A DNA stretch of 64,000 nucleotides from Candidatus Taylorbacteria bacterium RIFCSPLOWO2_01_FULL_48_100 (GCA_001821135.1 MHSA01000011.1:3042-67041); one strand, 5' to 3'; counted from the stretch's first letter, positions 9,228 to 18,055 are shown. Program-made: numbers and translations. Notes: a model not told the origin generated them from the sequence alone.

Positions 9228-9884
9228 ATGTTCTATTTTTTTTACGGTACAGATGGTGTTAAGGCGCGCGAGCGGGCAAGCGCGCTTGTGGAGAGTTTGC
9301 GGAAGAGGAAGCCGCAGGCGGAAGTATTTCGCATTGAAGCGGAAAATTGGAACCCGCTCCAGTTTGATGAACTGATAGTAGGGCAGGGGTTGTTTAATAA
9401 AACATATATCGTCCATATTGTTTCTTTGTTTGAGAATGAAGAAGCGAAGGAGATTTTCTTGCAAAGGATTTCAGATGTCGCGGCCTCGCCGAATATCTTT
9501 GTCGCAGTTGAAGGCGAAATAAATAAAGAGGAATTGCGCGCTATTGCAAAGCACGCGGAAAAAGTTCAGGAATATAAGAAAGACAAATCAGGAAAAAAGA
9601 AGTTTGAGGTGTTTTCGCTCGCGGATGCGCTCGGCGCGCGCGATAAAAAGAGTTTATGGGTCGGATATCAAAAAGCGGTGATTGAAGGCATCGCGCCGGA
9701 AAACATTAACGGCATTTTGTCATGGAAAGCGCGGAGTATGCTTTCAGCGCGGTACCCCAACCGTTATTGGAGTACGGACGAATTAAAAAATCTTTCCGCG
9801 CAATTTGTCGCGCTGTATCACGATTCCCACCGCGGCAGGCATGAGTTTTCGATTGCGCTTGAACGGCTGATTTTGAGGATTTAA
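9228..9884 (+). CDS. DNA polymerase III delta subunit-like protein (short HolA-like)
   Basis: FYFFYGTD start, QGLF motif, FSLADALG and C-terminal LERLIL. Confidence 0.7.
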   Translation: MFYFFYGTDGVKARERASALVESLRKRKPQAEVFRIEAENWNPLQFDELIVGQGLFNKTYIVHIVSLFENEEAKEIFLQRISDVAASPNIFVAVEGEINKEELRAIAKHAEKVQEYKKDKSGKKKFEVFSLADALGARDKKSLWVGYQKAVIEGIAPENINGILSWKARSMLSARYPNRYWSTDELKNLSAQFVALYHDSHRGRHEFSIALERLILRI

Positions 9885-9917
9885 TTTTTTTCTCGGGCGT
9901 GTTATAACTTACTCGTA

Positions 9918-9990
9918 CCGCCCATAGCTCAATTGGTAGAGCAATTCCCTTTTAAGGAAGAGGTTCCTGGTTCGATTCCAGGTGGGCGGA
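9918..9990 (+). tRNA. tRNA-Lys(TTT)
   Basis: Cloverleaf CCGCCCA/TGGGCGG, anticodon loop CTTTTAA, GGTTCGATTCC T-arm. Confidence 0.93.
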
Positions 9991-9994
9991 TTAT

Positions 9995-10399
9995 TTACAG
10001 AGGCAAGTCAAACGCAAAGAGGCCGGCGCCTAAGACAAGGAGCGAAAGCGCGATAATAAAAAGAAGCGCTAGAAAACCGCGAGAACTCTCAATGCCATGC
10101 GGCACTTTTTTCTTGAGTATGAGCGCACAGAGTAAAATTAGCGCGACAACGAGCGCGGCGATTTGCGTGTACAAACCAACGATAAGCAAAAGCCCTGCGA
10201 TAAGCTCAATCGCCCCAAAGCCGAACGCGAAATACTCGCCTGGCTTCCAGCCGAGTGACTCAAAAAACGCTGTTTTATCCGCGCGTCCGCGCCCCAATTT
10301 ATGTAAGCCAAAATTAACAAATACCAATCCGAGCGCAACGCGCAAGAGGAATGGGGCGAGGAGCCAGAACGCAAGCAGGTCTGGGAATACGCTTAACAT
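9995..10399 (-). CDS. DoxX family membrane protein
   Basis: LLRVALGLVF..G..K, ELIAGLLLIVGLYTQIAA, GAGLFAFD. Confidence 0.85.
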   Translation of the reverse strand: MLSVFPDLLAFWLLAPFLLRVALGLVFVNFGLHKLGRGRADKTAFFESLGWKPGEYFAFGFGAIELIAGLLLIVGLYTQIAALVVALILLCALILKKKVPHGIESSRGFLALLFIIALSLLVLGAGLFAFDLPL

Positions 10400-10434
10400 A
10401 GTGTAAGTATAGCATATACTGATATACTTACAGT

Positions 10435-11349
10435 ATGGCAGAGTTCAAAAAACCATCAAATGGTATGGAAGAAATTAAGTGGTTCATTGGATTCCTGATT
10501 TTCTTTGTCGTTGCGTGGTTTATTGGCGGCGGTATTTTGCGCGAAGTGACAAGCCCTTTCATAGAACCGCCAGTTCCGGTAACGGGAACTGCGGCAGGCA
10601 ATAAAACGGCTCCGTCAAAAACTGTTCCTCAAACTGGTTCATTTTCGGGCGACTTAAAAGCAATTGAACAAAAGAGCGGCGCGTCTTCCCTAAAAGGTTT
10701 GCTTGAATTGTCGGTCAATAATTACGGCTCCGCCGTATCGGCAAACGAAGAGTATGTGATGCTTCAGCTCTCCGACTCCGCGCCATCGCGCGTATTGCTT
10801 ACCGGAATGATTATAAAAAGTGAGGCATCTGGACGAAGCGCGACCATCGGGAAAGGCGCGTACTTACCACAACAAGGGACCATCAACGCAGAAGAACTCG
10901 TGTATCTTGAGCCGGGCGGAATTGCGTATGTCGTTACAGGCCGAGCACCCGTCGGCTATTCTCTGCGCGTGAACAAATGCACGGGCTACTTTGAGCAATT
11001 CCAAAACTTCGTGCCGCAACTCCCGATTGAATGTCCTCTTCCTAAAACAGAACCGCTCCCACCGCCGCCCAACAGCCCTTCGGATGCGTGCCTGCAATAC
11101 ATAGACAATATGCGTAGGTGCCGGATTGAGCCGAATTCGCCTGTTGAACTCGGCGAAGAGTGCCGCCGCTTTATCCGCGACTCATTCACCTATCCGCGGT
11201 GCGTTTCGGCGCACAAGAGCGATGCCGATTTTTACAAAAACGAGTGGCATCTCTACCTCTCGCGCGACCTTCCGCTCTGGAAGAGCACTCGCGAAGTGAT
11301 TACGCTTTTGGACGCAACCGGCAAGGTGGTGGATACGGTTACATACTGA
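10435..11349 (+). CDS. Hypothetical exported protein, lamin-tail-like (EYV...LLD) with Cys-rich insert
   Basis: N-terminal TM; NEEYVML and ITLLDATGKVVD motifs; several Cys. Confidence 0.7.
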   Translation: MAEFKKPSNGMEEIKWFIGFLIFFVVAWFIGGGILREVTSPFIEPPVPVTGTAAGNKTAPSKTVPQTGSFSGDLKAIEQKSGASSLKGLLELSVNNYGSAVSANEEYVMLQLSDSAPSRVLLTGMIIKSEASGRSATIGKGAYLPQQGTINAEELVYLEPGGIAYVVTGRAPVGYSLRVNKCTGYFEQFQNFVPQLPIECPLPKTEPLPPPPNSPSDACLQYIDNMRRCRIEPNSPVELGEECRRFIRDSFTYPRCVSAHKSDADFYKNEWHLYLSRDLPLWKSTREVITLLDATGKVVDTVTY

Positions 11350-11390
11350 TCTATTTAATTGTGTCAAAAATGACACAATTCCGACCCTAA

Positions 11391-11449
11391 AACCACCCCT
11401 CCGCCTCGCGGACTCGGCACCTCCCCTTATGTTAAGGGCAGGATGGAAG
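11391..11449 (+). repeat. Intergenic copy of the CCCCTCC/CCTCCCCTT palindromic family
   Basis: CACCCCTCCGCC...GGCACCTCCCCTT...AAGGGCAGGATG matches the polA insert. Confidence 0.85.
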
Positions 11450-11497
11450 AGAATATGGCTCAAGACAAGGGTTTTCTGACAATCGCGCCAATAACTA

Positions 11498-11526
11498 TTG
11501 ACTTCTAGAATGGGGTATGCTATACT
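11498..11526 (+). promoter_or_regulatory. sigma70 promoter
   Basis: TTGACT-N17-TATACT with TGC extension. Confidence 0.65.
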
Positions 11527-11649
11527 GTATGTAGCGAACTTTGACATACGGATGTGTGTTAGGTGTAGCGGACAGTTTAACTCGTCTTCTGTTTTCAACA
11601 ACAAAAAGACGAGCGGTAACGCGCGACCGCAACAGCGCAACTCCATTGC

Positions 11650-12282
11650 ATGAAAACAAAAAATGTCATCTTCACGGTCGGTCTTCCGAAGCCTGGGACA
11701 GAGATCGAGACGGACTCACTCTGCAACTCCTACCTTACCACCCCAGACGGAAAGTCGGTGGGCGGTTCGGAAACCATTTTTTCCATGCCGGAGTGGAAGG
11801 TGGGTGATGAATTCGTCCTCGATATCCCGAGCGGGACAATCCGCGGGAAGGTGGAGACGGTGCGGGCCTACGGCGCCGCCGAAAGTGCCGAAGCACGGAG
11901 CGTCGCCTCTGTGTTCGGTGGTCCTCAACCCTCGGAAGAGGGTGTCCAACTCTTCGTCTACGGAGAGTGGAGCGGGAAAGAGGGTGGATTGCTCGGGGGG
12001 CTTTTCGGTTATGGGCGGTTCGGGGCAAATCTCGAGCAGGCGGTGGTCGTGGAAAGTTCTCTGGTGCCAAAGGGGAAACAGGTGTCCTACGGGGGATATT
12101 CCTGGGCAAAGTCCGCCCGCCACTTTCTCGGTATCGGAGATACCGAAGCCGCCAAGTTGTTGGCGGTGGTGGTGGAGCGAGAGGAGCGGACATCATCAGG
12201 GGTTGAGAACACCACCAATCAGGTGTTCTTGACTTTCGCCGTAGCGGAAGTCCACCTGAATCCGGTTTTGGCAATCGCCTAG
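11650..12282 (+). CDS. Hypothetical protein, GC-rich relative to neighbours
   Basis: 210-aa ORF downstream of a promoter, followed by several hairpins and a terminator. Confidence 0.7.
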   Translation: MKTKNVIFTVGLPKPGTEIETDSLCNSYLTTPDGKSVGGSETIFSMPEWKVGDEFVLDIPSGTIRGKVETVRAYGAAESAEARSVASVFGGPQPSEEGVQLFVYGEWSGKEGGLLGGLFGYGRFGANLEQAVVVESSLVPKGKQVSYGGYSWAKSARHFLGIGDTEAAKLLAVVVEREERTSSGVENTTNQVFLTFAVAEVHLNPVLAIA

Positions 12283-12426
12283 TGGCGGTCGCCTCGCCGA
12301 AAGGCAATGGAGACAGACGCCCTCGTGTGAGGGAGGGTCGGCGGGACGAAGCGTCCGCGCTTCGTCCCGCAATCATCCGTTGTTTTTTCAGTTCTTTGGT
12401 TCGGGAATTCGCGAAAGCGAATTCCC

Positions 12427-12456
12427 AAAAACCTCGCGCAGTCGCGAGGTTTTTTG
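12427..12456 (+). terminator. Intrinsic terminator, likely bidirectional
   Basis: AAAACCTCGCG-CAGT-CGCGAGGTTTTTT. Confidence 0.75.
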
Positions 12457-12513
12457 TTTGCGGATTTTGTCATTAAGCTACGATCGTATCTTAATGGCAA
12501 TGAAGAATATTTT

Positions 12514-12963
12514 TTATCGGTACAGCACAATTCCCGCCGCGACCGCGACATTGAGGGATTCTTTTGTTCCACGCATAGGGATTTCGGCGACACAGTTGCA
12601 TTGCGCGAGGATTTTTTCCGGAATCCCCGTTACTTCGTTGCCGAACACGAATGCGATATTTTTTCGGCGCGGGATTTTTTTGTAATTGATGGCATGCGGA
12701 TGTTGTTCAACGGCAACCAGAAACACTTTTTCTTTTTTCAAGCGGGCGAGAAGTTTCTGAACTTTTTTAGCGCACTCCCACACCACTACTTTTTCCGCCC
12801 CCAGCGCGGTCTTGGCGATTTCTTTGTTTGTTCTCCCGAAGCGGTCAACTGGCGCAGGCGTGTAGCCCGCTAGAAATATTTTTGCAACTCCCGCCGCGTC
12901 AGCCGTTCTAAAAATTGAGCCGACATTGTGGTTGCTACGGATATTATGAAGTATGATGTACAT
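12514..12963 (-). CDS. SpoU/TrmH family RNA methyltransferase
   Basis: LHNIRSNHNVGSIFRTAD, FGNEVTG, IPMRGTKESLNVAVA; likely start ATG at 12963. Confidence 0.92.
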   Translation of the reverse strand: MYIILHNIRSNHNVGSIFRTADAAGVAKIFLAGYTPAPVDRFGRTNKEIAKTALGAEKVVVWECAKKVQKLLARLKKEKVFLVAVEQHPHAINYKKIPRRKNIAFVFGNEVTGIPEKILAQCNCVAEIPMRGTKESLNVAVAAGIVLYR

Positions 12964-13893
12964 GTGAAAATTATTCTCTTTGTTCTTACCGCGGTACTTT
13001 TCATTTTTGCCGGCGCATGGGCGTCTGATAATTTCCAATATATGTCATTTGACGATATGCGCCGCGCGGTTGCAGGCGTATTTTTTACCGACAGTATCAC
13101 AGAAGGCGAGTTAAAAGAAGCATATGCAAAAGCCGCTCGCGGGGAGGGGAAGGTGAAGATTCTCATTGTGCCCGGGCATGATGATGACAGTTGGGGTACG
13201 GAATACAACGGCATTCGCGAGGCGGATTTGACGATGCGAGTTGGGGAGGCACTCGCTGCGCAATTTGCGAAGAATTCTGCCTATGAAGCGACGCTTTTAC
13301 GCGGCAGAGATGGATATCTGTCGGCGTTTGAGACATATTTCGCTGAGCATAGAGAAGTTGTGCGCGCCGAAGTGGTGGCGAAAAAGAAAATTATGAAGGA
13401 CTTGCTTGCCGCCGGCTCGGTAGAGCGTGTGGAAGGCGTGGGGCACAACAAAGCGGCGCTGGATGTTGCTCTGCGCCTTTATGCGATTAATAAATGGGCG
13501 AATGAAAACGCTTTTCATCTTGTCCTCCACCTTCACTTCAACGATTTCGGTGGGCGCACGGCGAGGAATATGAATCAGTATGGAGGATTTGCGCTCTATG
13601 TTCCCGATGGGCAGTATTCAAACGCGAGAGCAAGTTATGCGGTCGCCGAGTCGCTCTTTTCGGAGTTATCATCTCTCTTTACGAAAAGCAATTTACCAAA
13701 AGAAGATGCGGGCATCGTACCCGACCAGAGTTTGATTGCGATAGGCGCGTACAATACGCTGGATGCGGTATCCGTTCTTATTGAATACGCATACATTTAC
13801 GAAGCGCCACTCCGTACACCATCGGGTCGGAAAGAAGCAATTCAGCGTTTTGCCGATGCGACTTATCGCGGAGTGGAACGATTTTTCCGGTAG
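12964..13893 (+). CDS. N-acetylmuramoyl-L-alanine amidase (Amidase_3)
   Basis: Signal peptide; LIVPGH...E, LHLHFN and SVLIEY zinc-ligand motifs; start uncertain. Confidence 0.8.
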   Translation: MKIILFVLTAVLFIFAGAWASDNFQYMSFDDMRRAVAGVFFTDSITEGELKEAYAKAARGEGKVKILIVPGHDDDSWGTEYNGIREADLTMRVGEALAAQFAKNSAYEATLLRGRDGYLSAFETYFAEHREVVRAEVVAKKKIMKDLLAAGSVERVEGVGHNKAALDVALRLYAINKWANENAFHLVLHLHFNDFGGRTARNMNQYGGFALYVPDGQYSNARASYAVAESLFSELSSLFTKSNLPKEDAGIVPDQSLIAIGAYNTLDAVSVLIEYAYIYEAPLRTPSGRKEAIQRFADATYRGVERFFR

Positions 13894-14457
13894 TTACTTA
13901 CCAAGTAATTTCAGCGCCGCTTTGATGCGCGCGTTCGTGCCGACAATTCCTCCGTCAACTTTTTTTAGCGCTTCACGCGCTTCTTCATGTGAATAGCCGA
14001 GGGCTTTGAGAGCTTCTAGCGCATCCACTTCTTCTTTAAGTGTAGTGCCTTCTTCGCTTGCGCCTAACTTCTCGCGCAACTCCAAAATTATTTTGTCAGC
14101 GGTCTTCTTGCCGATACCCGATATTTTCGTAAGGTACGCAGTTTCGCCGGAGGTGATGGAGCGGCGGAGGGTTTCTGGTGTGGCGACATTGAGGATATTC
14201 AGTGCGGTTTTCGGCCCAATGCCGGAAATCTTTATCAGTAATTCAAAAAGCCGCAAATCATTTTCGTCCAAAAAGCCGAACAGTTCTTGCGCGTCTTCGC
14301 GCACGGTGTGGTGTGTGCGAAGCTTCGTCTTTGCGCCAACAGCGAGATTATTGAGCGTATCGTCGGTTGCCCACACATTGTATCCGATGCCTCCGGCGTC
14401 AATGATCGCGCTCCGCACTCTTTTTTCCGCGACGGTTCCGGAAATGAAAGAAATCAT
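13894..14457 (-). CDS. ruvA: Holliday junction DNA-binding protein RuvA
   Basis: GIGY, REDAQELFGF, ISGIGPKTAL, GIGKKTADKIILEL, ALKALGY. Confidence 0.96.
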   Translation of the reverse strand: MISFISGTVAEKRVRSAIIDAGGIGYNVWATDDTLNNLAVGAKTKLRTHHTVREDAQELFGFLDENDLRLFELLIKISGIGPKTALNILNVATPETLRRSITSGETAYLTKISGIGKKTADKIILELREKLGASEEGTTLKEEVDALEALKALGYSHEEAREALKKVDGGIVGTNARIKAALKLLGK

Positions 14458-14517
14458 AGGTTTAGTATATAGAAAAGTTGCGCTTTTGTGTAATTTTTGT
14501 TATGTTGCTTTAACACT

Positions 14518-14781
14518 ATGGCTATAACGAATTCAGCAAAGAAGGCGCATCGGGTCTCACTTCGCAGGCGTGTTTTCAACTTGCGCCGCAAGCATGCAGT
14601 TAGCGAGGCGGTAAAAAATATAAAAAAGCTTGTCGCTGAAAAGAAAATTGCGGAGGCGGCGAAGCTCCTTCCGCTTGCGTACAAGGCGTACGATAAGGCG
14701 GCAAAAGAGCACACCATCCACAAAGGCGCGGCTGATAGAAAGAAATCACGGCTTGCGCGACTTGTCTGCAGTGTCTCTTAA
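14518..14781 (+). CDS. rpsT: 30S ribosomal protein S20
   Basis: MAITNSAKKA...DKAAK..IHKGAADRKKSRL. Confidence 0.95.
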   Translation: MAITNSAKKAHRVSLRRRVFNLRRKHAVSEAVKNIKKLVAEKKIAEAAKLLPLAYKAYDKAAKEHTIHKGAADRKKSRLARLVCSVS

Positions 14782-14823
14782 ATGTCTCGCAGAAGCGAGG
14801 CGTTTTTGTTATAGTTCGGAGAA

Positions 14824-14895
14824 CCTCTCGTCGTTCAATGGAAAGGATACCGGCCTGCGAAGCTGGAAATACAGGTTCGATTCCTGTCGAGAGGA
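14824..14895 (+). tRNA. tRNA-Arg(GCG)
   Basis: CCTCTCG/CGAGAGG acceptor; anticodon arm CCGGC-CTGCGAA-GCTGG; GGTTCGATTCC. Confidence 0.88.
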
Positions 14896-14897
14896 TC

Positions 14898-15353
14898 CTA
14901 GAAGCCGAGATACTCCATTATTTTCTGCGGGAGCGGTTCATGGAGTTCTTCTTCTTGTAAACGCTCGGCAAGCGCGGCGCGAATAATATTCGGATGTATT
15001 TCTTCAATCGGAATTGAGACGAGCAGAGATAGTTTCTTTTTTTGTTTAAGAATTAGGCGAGGAAATCCGTCGCGTGCTTCAACCCAAAAGGAAGTAAGTA
15101 TGTCGTACGGATAATGCGAATCGCCAAAAACAATTTCTGTATCAGTAATGAACACGCGAACCGCGCGTGGCGCGCGGTTCGCAAAAAAGAAGAAACTGAG
15201 CGCCGCGAGCGCGATAACGATTGCAAACAAGATATTACCTAGAAGCGCGGATGCGGCAATGAGCGCAAGCGCAATAATACCGCTCGCCAGAAACCACTCC
15301 GCGGTCTTTTCCGTATGCCTATATTCCGGAGTTGTCCATGAGATGTGGGGCAT
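14898..15353 (-). CDS. Conserved CPR hypothetical membrane protein
   Basis: ISWTTPEY..EK...W, two TM segments, SFW motif. Confidence 0.75.
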   Translation of the reverse strand: MPHISWTTPEYRHTEKTAEWFLASGIIALALIAASALLGNILFAIVIALAALSFFFFANRAPRAVRVFITDTEIVFGDSHYPYDILTSFWVEARDGFPRLILKQKKKLSLLVSIPIEEIHPNIIRAALAERLQEEELHEPLPQKIMEYLGF

Positions 15354-15367
15354 GATATGAAAAGTTT

Positions 15368-15793
15368 TTAACTTTTTGTCTTTGGTGAAGGCGACAACTC
15401 AAAGACATCGTGGTCTTTTTCAAATTTTACGCGGAAATACTCAAAGAAGTCCTCCTGTCCGAGGAGTATATCGACCGATGGACTGTCAATAAAAGCAACC
15501 AAAGCCGCTACCGGTTTATCAAAGTGTTTGACTTTGAGCGTTATTGACGAAAGGTAGCAAGGTATGCGCGCGCCGCTGATGCCGATAAATTCTTTTTTCC
15601 TTTCTGTATCCAACACAGCATCCAACGCTTTGGCGTACTCAAGATTTATGAGAGTCGTGTCAGCACCCGAATCTAAAAGACCAAGTGCTTTGATATTTTT
15701 ATTTTTACCGATTAACTCGAGTTCAACAAGCGGCCGTTTGAGCAAACGACCTTTCGCATTCGTTCCGAACACGGAAGTATATTCAAATTTCAT
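15368..15793 (-). CDS. Retropepsin-like aspartyl protease
   Basis: LLDSGADTT catalytic motif and ILLGQEDFF. Confidence 0.85.
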   Translation of the reverse strand: MKFEYTSVFGTNAKGRLLKRPLVELELIGKNKNIKALGLLDSGADTTLINLEYAKALDAVLDTERKKEFIGISGARIPCYLSSITLKVKHFDKPVAALVAFIDSPSVDILLGQEDFFEYFRVKFEKDHDVFELSPSPKTKS

Positions 15794-15993
15794 GCACGAC
15801 AGCCAGGAGCGTACCCGACATCTGAAGGCAACACTCGCATAATGATTGATTCTTTCTCACCGACCTTTTGCTGTAATGACCGCAATGTGTCGTCTACAGC
15901 AACTACTTTTTTATAATCAGAAGAAACCGCCACCCACTTATTTTCGTGGGTTTTATTGAGGACTTTGAGGTTTGGAGCTTTTACTGTTTCCAT
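15790..15993 (-). CDS. DUF5678-like small protein, translationally coupled to the protease
   Basis: ENKWVAVS...VVA motif; 4-bp ATGA overlap with the protease start. Confidence 0.7.
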   Translation of the reverse strand: METVKAPNLKVLNKTHENKWVAVSSDYKKVVAVDDTLRSLQQKVGEKESIIMRVLPSDVGYAPGCRA

Positions 15994-16031
15994 AATAACT
16001 TTAGTATATCTAATCCATTATTCGTTTGCAA

Positions 16032-16198
16032 TTAAAGATTTTCAGTCAGAAATTCAATGTCTTAAACTGCTCATCGTTTGCGCCAGTCAAAATAATCTTC
16101 TTATTAGGAAATGTCTCAAGTAAATCGTACATTTCTTTAAAAATTCCCTCGCCTTTAATAATAAATACTTGTACCGCATCAACAAGAATTGTTTTCAT
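16032..16198 (-). pseudogene. Truncated HAD-like hydrolase remnant
   Basis: MKTILVDA HAD-like motif I, stops after ~50 aa; an out-of-frame FLTENL* follows immediately. Confidence 0.55.
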
Positions 16199-16227
16199 GG
16201 TTTTTTCATTTTTAATTTCAATAAAAA

Positions 16228-16314
16228 CGGAGGGGGTGAGATTCGAACTCACGAACGGTGTAAACCGTTAGAAGTTTTCAAGACTTCCGCACTAGACCTC
16301 TATGCGACCCCTCC
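16228..16314 (-). tRNA. tRNA-Ser(TGA)
   Basis: GGAGGGG/CCCCTCC acceptor, loop CTTGAAA, long variable arm. Confidence 0.93.
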
Positions 16315-16360
16315 CTCGCTACGATACTATCAAAATGAGCCGATAATGTATAATGGCGCA

Positions 16361-16741
16361 ATGCGCTTTATAGGCATTGATTACGGAACAAAGCGGGTGG
16401 GGGTGGCGGTGTCGGACGAGGAGGGGAAAATTGCGTTTCCGCATGTGGTCTTGGCGAATGACGAGAATCTGGTAACCGCGCTCGCGGCGCTGTGCCGCGA
16501 GCGCGGCGTGTCGGAAATTGTTGTCGGCGACTCGCGCGATTTTGCAGGCGAGCCGAATAAAATAACTGCGCACGTTAAAAAGTTTACAAAAGAAATTGTA
16601 GATGCAACGGGGCTTCCGGTACACAGCGAACCCGAGTTTTGGTCTTCGGCGCAAGCCGAGCGGTGGCAAGGCAAGACCGAAAAATTAGACGCTTCCGCCG
16701 CCGCTATTATTTTGCAAAGTTTTTTGGATAGAAATTGTTAA
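16361..16741 (+). CDS. ruvX: YqgF/RuvX family nuclease
   Basis: MRFIGIDYGTKRVGVAVSD...EFWSS...DASAAAIILQSFLD. Confidence 0.92.
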   Translation: MRFIGIDYGTKRVGVAVSDEEGKIAFPHVVLANDENLVTALAALCRERGVSEIVVGDSRDFAGEPNKITAHVKKFTKEIVDATGLPVHSEPEFWSSAQAERWQGKTEKLDASAAAIILQSFLDRNC

Positions 16742-16790
16742 CCAAAACATACTTCTACAAAGCCGTATTCTCGCTGTTCCTCCACGGCAC

Positions 16791-16820
16791 TTGACAAAAA
16801 AGCATCAGTTATGCTATACT
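16791..16820 (+). promoter_or_regulatory. sigma70 promoter of the DGR target gene
   Basis: TTGACA-N18-TATACT with TGC extension. Confidence 0.65.
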
Positions 16821-16888
16821 GTTAGGTAGTTCAATGTACCTTGTAAGGTTACGGAGGACTGTTAAATCAACAACTCAAAAAAGAAAGG

Positions 16889-17674
16889 ATGGCTATGAAT
16901 AAAGTAGTCGTCGGTCAATCGGTTACGGCTGGCCAAATGAAGGACTTCTGGCGTCAGGTTGACGATGGAAGTATTGGTGGAGATTATTTTCAAGATTTTC
17001 TCGCACACAAACTGGAAAGGAAAGATGGGAACACGGTATCAGAAGTGACAACACCAAAAATCGTCATCCCAAACCTCCTCTCCACCCCTCCCACCCTCGC
17101 CGACTGGCTCAAAGCCCGAGAGGAACTGCACAAGTTCCTTACAGGTGAGCAGGTGATTCTGCGCGATATCTTCGCCCTCACGGACGAAGAACTCGCCAGC
17201 ACCACGCTGATGCCCGCCTTTCGTCCTGCAGGTGCCACCAACCGTAATGCGATTTATTGGAAAATCAAAATTGGGGAGAACAAACCCTATGAAGAAATAG
17301 ATGTAATGAAGTACACAAACAGTCAAGGTCCAAAACAACCCGAGCTGTACATCATCAACCGCTCCGTTACACCAGATGACGACACGGTCGGCGACAAAGC
17401 CAAGAGTCCCAACCAACTCATCGCTCACAACAAGCTATGGCTCGGACTCTTCTGCTGGTGCGATGCAGATACTCTGCATCATGTCATTACCGGAGAGACC
17501 CTTGACCAAAAAACTTGGACATGGTTCCCAAACGACCGTCTCCGCTACGCCAAGGTTGCGCTCGGCTACTGGAACCCGCTCAACCGCCGGGTCTACCTCT
17601 ACTGGCGCTATGCCGTCTATTGCAATCCGAACAACGGCGCTCGCTCAGCAAAAAAAGTTCCCATTAAATCTTGA
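16889..17674 (+). CDS. DGR target protein with C-terminal variable region (CLec-like fold inferred)
   Basis: VR encodes the last ~45 aa, ending ...NNGARS; no signal peptide seen. Confidence 0.88.
   Translation: MAMNKVVVGQSVTAGQMKDFWRQVDDGSIGGDYFQDFLAHKLERKDGNTVSEVTTPKIVIPNLLSTPPTLADWLKAREELHKFLTGEQVILRDIFALTDEELASTTLMPAFRPAGATNRNAIYWKIKIGENKPYEEIDVMKYTNSQGPKQPELYIINRSVTPDDDTVGDKAKSPNQLIAHNKLWLGLFCWCDADTLHHVITGETLDQKTWTWFPNDRLRYAKVALGYWNPLNRRVYLYWRYAVYCNPNNGARSAKKVPIKS
17535..17648 (+). repeat. DGR variable repeat (VR)
   Basis: 114 bp colinear with TR; 14 mismatches, 13 at TR adenines. Confidence 0.95.
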
Positions 17675-17718
17675 ACCTTTCCCCCTTAAATCTTACTCGC
17701 TTCTTCGGTGGGTAGGTC

Positions 17719-17748
17719 ATCGCCACTGTGGATACCCATGGTGGCGAT
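17719..17748. other. Hairpin downstream of VR (candidate DGR target-recognition hairpin or terminator)
   Basis: ATCGCCAC-TGTGG-ATAC-CCATG-GTGGCGAT followed by TTT. Confidence 0.55.
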
Positions 17749-17779
17749 TTTGTTACACTAACAACGGCTGTGAAATTGG

Positions 17780-17804
17780 TCCAGCACTTACCGTAAGTGC
17801 TGGA
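17780..17804. repeat. Perfect palindrome between VR and TR
   Basis: TCCAGCACTTAC-C-GTAAGTGCTGGA. Confidence 0.75.
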
Positions 17805-17930
17805 TAACAATTTGCCAAAAAAGAAATTGCTTGCTGCATTTTTATACAATGCTCGCTCTACCCCGAGATAACACAGAAAACTGTGTAAACGATTTTCGGT
17901 GATACGGATGAAGACGCGGCACAATGAGGC

Positions 17931-18044
17931 ACCGTCTCCACAACGGCAAGGTTGCGAACGGCAACTGGAACCCGAACAACCGCCAGGTCTACCTCAACTG
18001 GAACTATGCCGACAATTGCAATCCGAACAACGGCGCTCGCTCAG
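17931..18044 (+). repeat. DGR template repeat (TR)
   Basis: AAC/AAT-rich (12 AAY codons in the target frame) copy of VR. Confidence 0.95.
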
Positions 18045-18055
18045 AAATTTCTCGT

